A stretch of 64,000 bases of DNA from Eledone cirrhosa (Eukaryota), in assembly GCA_964016885.1 (NCBI GenBank), contig OZ024757.1, positions 20,770,001-20,834,000 of the forward strand. Reading direction: 5' to 3'. Below, one piece after another: positions 57,101 through 64,000 of the stretch; within the stretch, counting starts at the first letter, position 1; the number at the start of each line of letters is the position of its first letter. Position numbers and translations under genes: made by a program. The notes under the pieces were generated by a model. It saw only the letters and a list, made by a program, of their open reading frames with translations. It made no database searches and had not been told where the DNA came from.

Positions 57101-57840
57101 ACCAAACCCATAGCCTCCATGGATTTCGTCGTAGCCGTCACAATGTTGTCCAACGTGACCATTTAGGTCGCCTGCAATAATTATATAGTCACTGTCAGAT
57201 ATTTGGGAGGTAGTGAGCATCAGTGTCTCATAGAATCTGTCTTTTATAGTGCCAGGCAGTCCGGATTGGGGTGCGTACGCAGATATTACTGTCACCGTAG
57301 TTCTATTGAGGACAAGTCGTATTTTAATTATTCTGTCGTTCACTCTATTTACGTCTATTATCTTATCTGCCCACTTTTCTGCTACCATGATTCCTACTCC
57401 ACCCAGCCCATCGTCGTTTCCCACCCAGAAAAGCTTATAACATCGTTTTTTACCCTCAATGAATCTAGCAGACCCACCCCTCCACCTGGTCTCTTGAATA
57501 CAACAAACATCGACCTCCTTACGTTCAAGCATTTCTACAACCTCGTTAGCGCGACCCTTTAGGGTGCCTACATTTATGGTACCAACTCTGAAGTTTTGGA
57601 TTGCGTTTGGAGGGTGGGGGTGGTGGGGGGCGGGGGGAGATGGGGTTATGTTAGCCATCCGCGGGCGAAACAAAGAGGAGTGCTCGCATTCTCGTCCACG
57701 AGGTGAATTTGACTTTAACTTTGGCATTTTCGCTCTGAGCGTCCAGATTTTTCTCTCCCTTCCACTCTCCAGGATTCCGCAGTCCGTCCATCCATCCATC
57801 CATCCATCCATCATATATCGAAGGCAACCGTGCAAGCGAT
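54194..57840 (-). mobile_element. Near-full-length RTE-clade LINE; the 5'UTR may extend to ~58485
   Basis: Single EN+RT ORF, ~390-bp 3'UTR, (GAT)n tail abutting (TA)n. Confidence 0.95.
54581..57727 (-). CDS. RTE retrotransposon protein: APE endonuclease + reverse transcriptase + PHD finger (start ATG 57727 or 57658; frame open from 57835)
   Basis: NVGTL, IQETRW, YAPQ, GDLNGHVG, VDYIL; NYRGIKL, QFGF, FVDLEKAFD, GVHQGSVLSP, YADD, FRYLG; RLRWYGHV, GRPRKTW. Confidence 0.95.
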   Translation of the reverse strand: MPKLKSNSPRGRECEHSSLFRPRMANITPSPPAPHHPHPPNAIQNFRVGTINVGTLKGRANEVVEMLERKEVDVCCIQETRWRGGSARFIEGKKRCYKLFWVGNDDGLGGVGIMVAEKWADKIIDVNRVNDRIIKIRLVLNRTTVTVISAYAPQSGLPGTIKDRFYETLMLTTSQISDSDYIIIAGDLNGHVGQHCDGYDEIHGGYGFGTRNEEGSRILEFCDANNLTICNTNFKKRDNHLITYRSGEHTSQVDYILTRRRDRVSVVNSKSLPHEECTSQHRLIISDLIVRTRRTRQQKRTILRRKIWKLKDPTAKNKFQNILLDAFDSKEEHLESDNIEGQWEFLKANLLLATDEVCGWSRPVGRRRVTWWWNSKVEGSIKAKKQAWKVWRDGGSRVDYQVARREARREVYLARREAEERKFKHVLQRDDQKREVFRIARQCVKENRDIVGEKCVLNDDGILAITDTDKKVAWKCHYERLLNEENKWEKDSLPHIDPIEGPAVLVEGCIISKAIKDMKTGKAAGPSEIVAEMLKASGTVGHTMVTRIVNHVVQNGVVPKDWHSSIIVNCYKGKGDALDRSNYRGIKLIDQVMKVTEKVIAQLIRERIDLDEMQFGFVSGKSTTDALFIVRQLQEKFLAKGKPLYLAFVDLEKAFDRVPRSIIWWALRKLGVDEWLVRAIQAMYKETVSKVRINNEYSEEFSVKVGVHQGSVLSPLLFIIALQAITEEFKTGCPWELLYADDLTLIAESMAELEKKFQTWKHGLESKGLKINLAKTKVLVCRKENKAAVPSGKWSCSVCRKGVGRNSILCPKCKVWVHKRCSGITGKLTKNIDFTCGRCSDAISSSKCPQNTSSFNCAEGSIEIVDSFRYLGDKISSGGGCSESTVARVRTGWKKFRELIPLLAAKGFSLKMKGRLYDACIRTAMLHGSETWALCAEDIRRLERNEACMLRWMCNSNIRERQSINELRKKLEIRGIRCCLLERRLRWYGHVMRMKVDSCITKCRAIKIDGSHGIGRPRKTWDELINSDLTHLHLSKTMSLDRDLGGTQ

Positions 57841-58522
57841 AGTATAGGCCTCTGGCTTATGATTGGTCCGCGTAATAATAATAATGGTGATGCGTGTGGG
57901 GGGGGGGGGGGTCTCTGGCTTATAATAATAATAATGGTGATGCGTGTGGGGGGGGGGTCTCTGGCTTATGATTGGTCCACGTATTAAGAATGGTGGTGTG
58001 TGGGGGCGGGTGGGAGGGGTGTGGGGTAGCTAGCTGGAAGGTTATGAATGTTTAACAAGCGATTAACAAAAAGCAAAACTGCAAGATTTGTTCTGTTCAA
58101 TACGACAAAAACACCGTATTTAAACCTTAATAAATAACAAAAAATTCAGATTTCGGATTTTGCGGGATTGGATGTTTGGACTATGTACGAAATTGTTGTG
58201 TGTGGAGGAGATAGGAAAAACGTGAACGTTACGATTACATGGTTACACCGTAGTAGGGGTAGTTGAAGCAGCAATTGTTTGGCGAAAGTGAATAAACATG
58301 AACGGGAATTTATCTTATATATGTGTGTGTGTGTAGCTAAGAGAGAGAGAGAGGGGGGGAAGGGGAAGAGAGAGATAGTGTGGGAAGGGGGAGAGAGAGA
58401 GAGAGTGGCTGACCGCAACCCCTCGTGAAGAAGATGGTGGGTGAAGGGTGTATGAGCGGGATTTTTGACTTTCGAGGTAGCATGATATATATATTTAAAG
58501 TAATTTATAAGTAGAATGGGAA

Positions 58523-59112
<590 letters not shown>

Positions 59113-59275
59113 TGGATATACATATCTTTTGGTATACATTTATATACATACATCCATATAGGTATGAGTATATATATATATATCATCATCATTTAATGTC
59201 CATCCTCCACGCTTGCATGGGTTTGGACGGGAGTTTTCCCACTTATATATATATATATATGTGTATATATATATT

Positions 59276-59312
<37 letters not shown>

Positions 59313-59327
59313 ATATATATATGTTAT

Positions 59328-59938
59328 GTCAGGTCACCAGTTGGTGCTACTGGTAACATGTATCCCAGTACAACCTGTCTCATGGTCGGGTCGTTGGCGA
59401 CTAAACTGGCAACCCCACCAAGGTTTCTTGGTGAGGAGGGTGACTTTGGACATCCTGCAGGACTAAAAACAAAACCTGTCAAAGGGCAAAGGAGCTCTTA
59501 AGAGTCAATGGCCATCCAAAATCACCGGGAGAGATGACCCCTTTAGCCTTAGTCAAGGCAGAATTCTAGGAGAAGGAAAACTCTGATATAACACCTGCAA
59601 CCCTGATGGTATCCAATGATGTTGACTTGTTCTTCTTTTTGGTAAATATCATCTTGGTTAAGAGAGTGGGACTGGCTTTGTGCAGTGCCTTTGCTCACTA
59701 TAAAAGCTTCACGGCACAGGCATTGCTTTATATCTGGAGATCTCTCTGCACTTGTCGTCACATGGTACCATGGGCCCAGCACTATGTGTCAATAGTTGTC
59801 ACAAGTGTAGTGTTTGTACCAGAGTTTTCAAGTCGCTGGCTGGACTAAAAAGTCACACTCGTTCAGCGCATCAGTAGGGGTTCTCCTACATGGATATAAA
59901 GTAGTGGCCGTACTCGAAAACGAGTTGGCAGCCACCAT
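59328..59938 (+). mobile_element. Non-autonomous, internally deleted RTE-type element
   Basis: RTE 5'-type motif ctaggagaaggaaaactctga at ~59566-59586; 3' C2H2 finger remnant CSVCTRVFKSLAGLKSHTRSAHQ*; tail also seen at ~8115-8143; flanked by (TA)n. Confidence 0.7.
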
Positions 59939-59973
59939 ATATATATGTATGTGTGTATATATATATATGTGTG

Positions 59974-60020
<47 letters not shown>

Positions 60021-60033
60021 ATATATGTGTGTA

Positions 60034-60968
60034 TCATCCTCATCATCATCATCATCGTTTAATGTCCATCTTCCACGCTTGCATGGGTTTGGACGGGAGT
60101 TTTCCCACTTGAGGCAAGATTGGTTGTCTTGCTCGTATAGGACTGTCTGGCAGGTTTTCTACGGCTGGATGCCCTTCCTAACACCAACCACGTTTACAGT
60201 GTGGACTGGGAGGTTTTTACCGTGTTGCCTACACGGTCACATTACAGCGTGGACTGTCTGGCGGGTTTTCTACGGCTGGATGCCCTTCCTAACACCAACC
60301 ACGTTTACAGTGTGGACTGGGAGGTTTTTACCGTGTTGCCTACACGGTCACATTACAGCGTGGACTGTCTGGCGGGTTTTCTACGGCTGGATGCCCTTCC
60401 TAACACCAACCACGTTTACAGTGTGGACTGGGAGGTTTTTACCGTGTTGCCTACACGGTCACATTACAGCGTGGACTGTCTGGCGGGTTTTCTACAGCTG
60501 GATGCCCTTCCTAACACCAACCACATTTACAGTGTGGACTGGGAGGTTTTTACCGTGTTGCCTACACGGCCACATTTACAGCGTGGACTGTGTGTTTTTT
60601 TGTCGTGACACCTAAACGACCTCATTTGTTTCGGACTGGATGTTGTGGTACCAACATAACTGTACATTGAAAGGGGTGGTGTGGATGGGGTGGTGGGGGT
60701 AGTGGGACGGGGGTGTATTTTGTTAGAGGTGCCTACTGACTGTAGTAGGTTTCGCGTTGTACTTAGGCAAGGCGGGTCTTCTGTATTACTGCGTAGCGCC
60801 AAAGATCTCGGTCCAGTGACCTTGTCTTGGAGAGGTGTAAGTGTGTGAGGTCGGAATTTATCAAGTCCTCCCAGGTTTTTCTGGGTCTGCCTACTCCGTG
60901 GCTACCGTCTATTTTTATCGCCCTGCACTTTTTTATACAGCTGTCGTCTTTCATGCGCATCACGTGAC
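60034..60968 (-). mobile_element. 5'-truncated RTE LINE with four 112-bp modules
   Basis: ORF 60763-60963 matches the C-terminus of the 54.6-57.8 kb protein. Confidence 0.92.
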
Positions 60969-60998
60969 CAAATATATATAATTAATGTTAAATGATGA

Positions 60999-61053
<55 letters not shown>

Positions 61054-62100
61054 AAAGAGATCGATGAAATAAGAACATGGGGGGGGGGGGGGCTCTACTG
61101 GAGGGCTGGTTGATACAATTGACTACATCCCTTAAAGGTGCTGCTTGCCGTGGCATGGTCGTAGTTGGAGACATATTGAACTAAGGAGGGATTTGATTGA
61201 TTGGGAAAGATATTACAGAATATATAGAAGTTTCATAACACCCCCACCACACCACACACACACACACACAAACCCCCTCCTCCAGACTCACGCACACATC
61301 TAACCCCCCCCCCCCCCCCCCGCCATTACACATGCCCTCCTTTCCACACACCCCACCCCCACCCCACCACATCCCCAGACACATCCTCAGACACACAAAC
61401 ATAGACGAAGATCACACACACACACACACATCCTGAACAGCTGAGGACTCACACACCTACACACAGCCCCTCCCCACAGAGACCATATCACACACACACA
61501 CCTACAATTGAGAGAGACACACACACACACAGCCCACACACAGCCCACACACAGACCAGACCACATCACATCACACACCTACACACAGCCCCCTCCCCCC
61601 CACACACACACAGACCATATCACACACACACACACCTACAATTGAGAGACACACACACACACAGACCCCTCCTCCCTCCCACACACAGACCATATCACAC
61701 ACACACACACCTACAATTGAGAGACACACACACACACACACAGCCCACACACAGACCAGACCAGACCACATCACATCACACACCTACACACACACACACA
61801 CACACACACAGACCTACACACTCCTAAGACGCTCCCTATCAGCTAAATTAATGGTGGATAAAAGCGAAAAGCATGGCTGGAGGCTGTTAACAACTAAACT
61901 GACAGCCCTCCGCCACCCCCACCAAAGACATCCACTGAGGCAGGACATAAGATGGTATTAGTAAAGACTACAGCTCCCCCTCCACCTCTCATCTTACCCC
62001 TCCAGGGACAGCTAAAATACTTAAAATCATGGACACACATACATACACAGTCACGCGTGTGTGTGCGTGTGTATGTGTGTGTGTATATATTTATATTAAA

Positions 62101-62133
<33 letters not shown>

Positions 62134-62306
62134 GAGACACATACACATTGACTCAGACATTCACAGGCAGACGTTCACAGGCAGACGTACACAGGCAGAC
62201 GTACACATACATACACAGACATGCACATATATATACACATATAGACACATATACACATTGGCAGACATTCACAGGCACACGTACAGTACACATACATACA
62301 TAGACA

Positions 62307-62348
<42 letters not shown>

Positions 62349-62508
62349 CACACACACACATATACACATTGGCGCAGACATTCACAGGCAGACGTACACA
62401 CACACACGCGCACACACACAGGTACACGCGCAAGGACGCATACACACACATCTACTCAGATACATACATGTGCACTCAAGCCAATAGACACACACACACA
62501 GGAGATAT

Positions 62509-62557
<49 letters not shown>

Positions 62558-62861
62558 GTTGTAAGACTGGAAAATCAACAGGGAAACCAAGAATATAGGA
62601 AAGAGGGGTGAGGGGGGAGGTAGAAGGTAAGGAAGGACAAGTGATGGGGGGGGGGGGGCAGGGGGGTAGTCGTGGTAGAGAGGGGAGGTGGGTAGAAAGG
62701 GGAGGAAGACAAAAGGGAGAAGGAGGAGGAGGCAGCAACATTTAATAGGGAGTTTCTAGAGAAGGGAGAGGGATGTTGGATGTTGGACAATGGAGGTTTC
62801 CATTAAACATGGAGAGAGATGGCATTCCACATGTGTTCACTGTTGCTTTTAATTGTTTTGT

Positions 62862-64000
62862 TTACTACTACTACTACTACTACTGCTACTACTACTGCTA
62901 CTACTACTGCTATGGCTACTACTACTACTACTACTACTACTGCTGTTGTTGTTACTGCTATGGCTACTACTACTACTGCTACTACTACTACTACTACTGC
63001 TACTACTGCTGCTGTTAATGCTATGGCTACTACTACTACTACTGCTGCTGTTACTGCTATGGCTACTACTACTGCTACTACTACTACTACAACTGCTGCT
63101 GTTGCTGCTACTACTACTGCTGCTACTACTACTACTACTACTGCTGCTTCTACTACTACTACTACTGCCGCTACTACTACTACTACTACTGCTGCTGCCA
63201 CTGCTGCTGCTGCTGCTACTACTACTACTACTATTGCTGCTGCTGCTGCTACTGCTGCTACTACTACTGCTGCTGCTACTACCTGTTTCTACTACTACTA
63301 CTACTACTACTGCTGCTGGTGTTGCTGCTGCTACTACTACTACTGCTGCCACTACTACTACTACCACCACCACCACTACTACTGTCACCACTACCACCAC
63401 CACCACTAGTACTACTGTCACCACCACTACCACCACCACCACTACTACTGTCACCACCACTACTACTGTCACCACTACCACCACCACCACTAGTACTACT
63501 GTCACCACTATTACCACCACCACCACTACTACTGTCACCACCACTACTACCACCACCACTACTACTGTCACCACCACTACTACCACCACCACTACTACTG
63601 TCACCACTACCACCACCACCACTAGTACTACAGTCACCACTACTACCACCACCACCACTAGTACTACTGTCACCACTACTACCACCACCACCACTAGTAC
63701 TACTGTCACCACTATTACCACCACCACCACTACTACTGTCACCACCACTACCACCACTACTACTACTACTGTCACCACCACTACTACTACCACCACTACT
63801 ACTGTCACCACCACTACTACTACCACCACTACTACTGTCACCACCACTACTACTACCACCACTACTACTGTCACCACCACTACCACCACCACCACTACCA
63901 CCACCACCACTAGTACTACTGTCACCACCACTACCACCACCACTACTACTACTGTCACCACCACTACCACCACCACTACTACTACCACCACTACTACTGT
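62862..64000. repeat. Trinucleotide arrays (CTA/CTG grading into CCA/CTA)
   Basis: Direct inspection. Confidence 0.95.

Noticed and set aside
54621-57842. Plus-strand ORFs overlapping the RTE ORF
   Set aside because: Antisense shadows with no recognisable domains
62803-63991. Poly-T/V/S/Y ORFs resembling mucins (also 10691-11158, 46167-46442)
   Set aside because: Trinucleotide arrays open in several frames on both strands, with no splice or domain support

Overview
Eukaryotic, AT-rich, microsatellite-saturated DNA. The repeat landscape suggests a cephalopod (Octopus-like), but that is inference. Almost all ORFs in the track are simple-repeat artefacts. Real content: (1) one near-full-length RTE-clade LINE on the minus strand (APE endonuclease + RT + PHD finger, ~54.2-57.8 kb), plus truncated RTE, CR1-like and Tx1/L1-like pieces; (2) two tRNA-derived SINE families; (3) several satellites, many built from SINE/LINE modules, including about 26 tandem tRNA-like Pol III heads; (4) a piggyBac-type MITE. 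The most striking signal, invisible in the ORF track, is a dense set of type I minimal hammerhead ribozyme motifs: 17 with intact CTGANGA and GAAA cores plus several broken or half copies. They fall into at least four sequence families. Most sit in short, often palindromic inserts in (TA)n tracts, a Penelope-like signature, and five sit in a ~355-bp retrozyme-like tandem array. The families share a C-pyrimidine mismatch at the same stem II position. No host gene can be called confidently; a few candidate exons are noted. All folds and alignments were done by eye, so boundaries are approximate.
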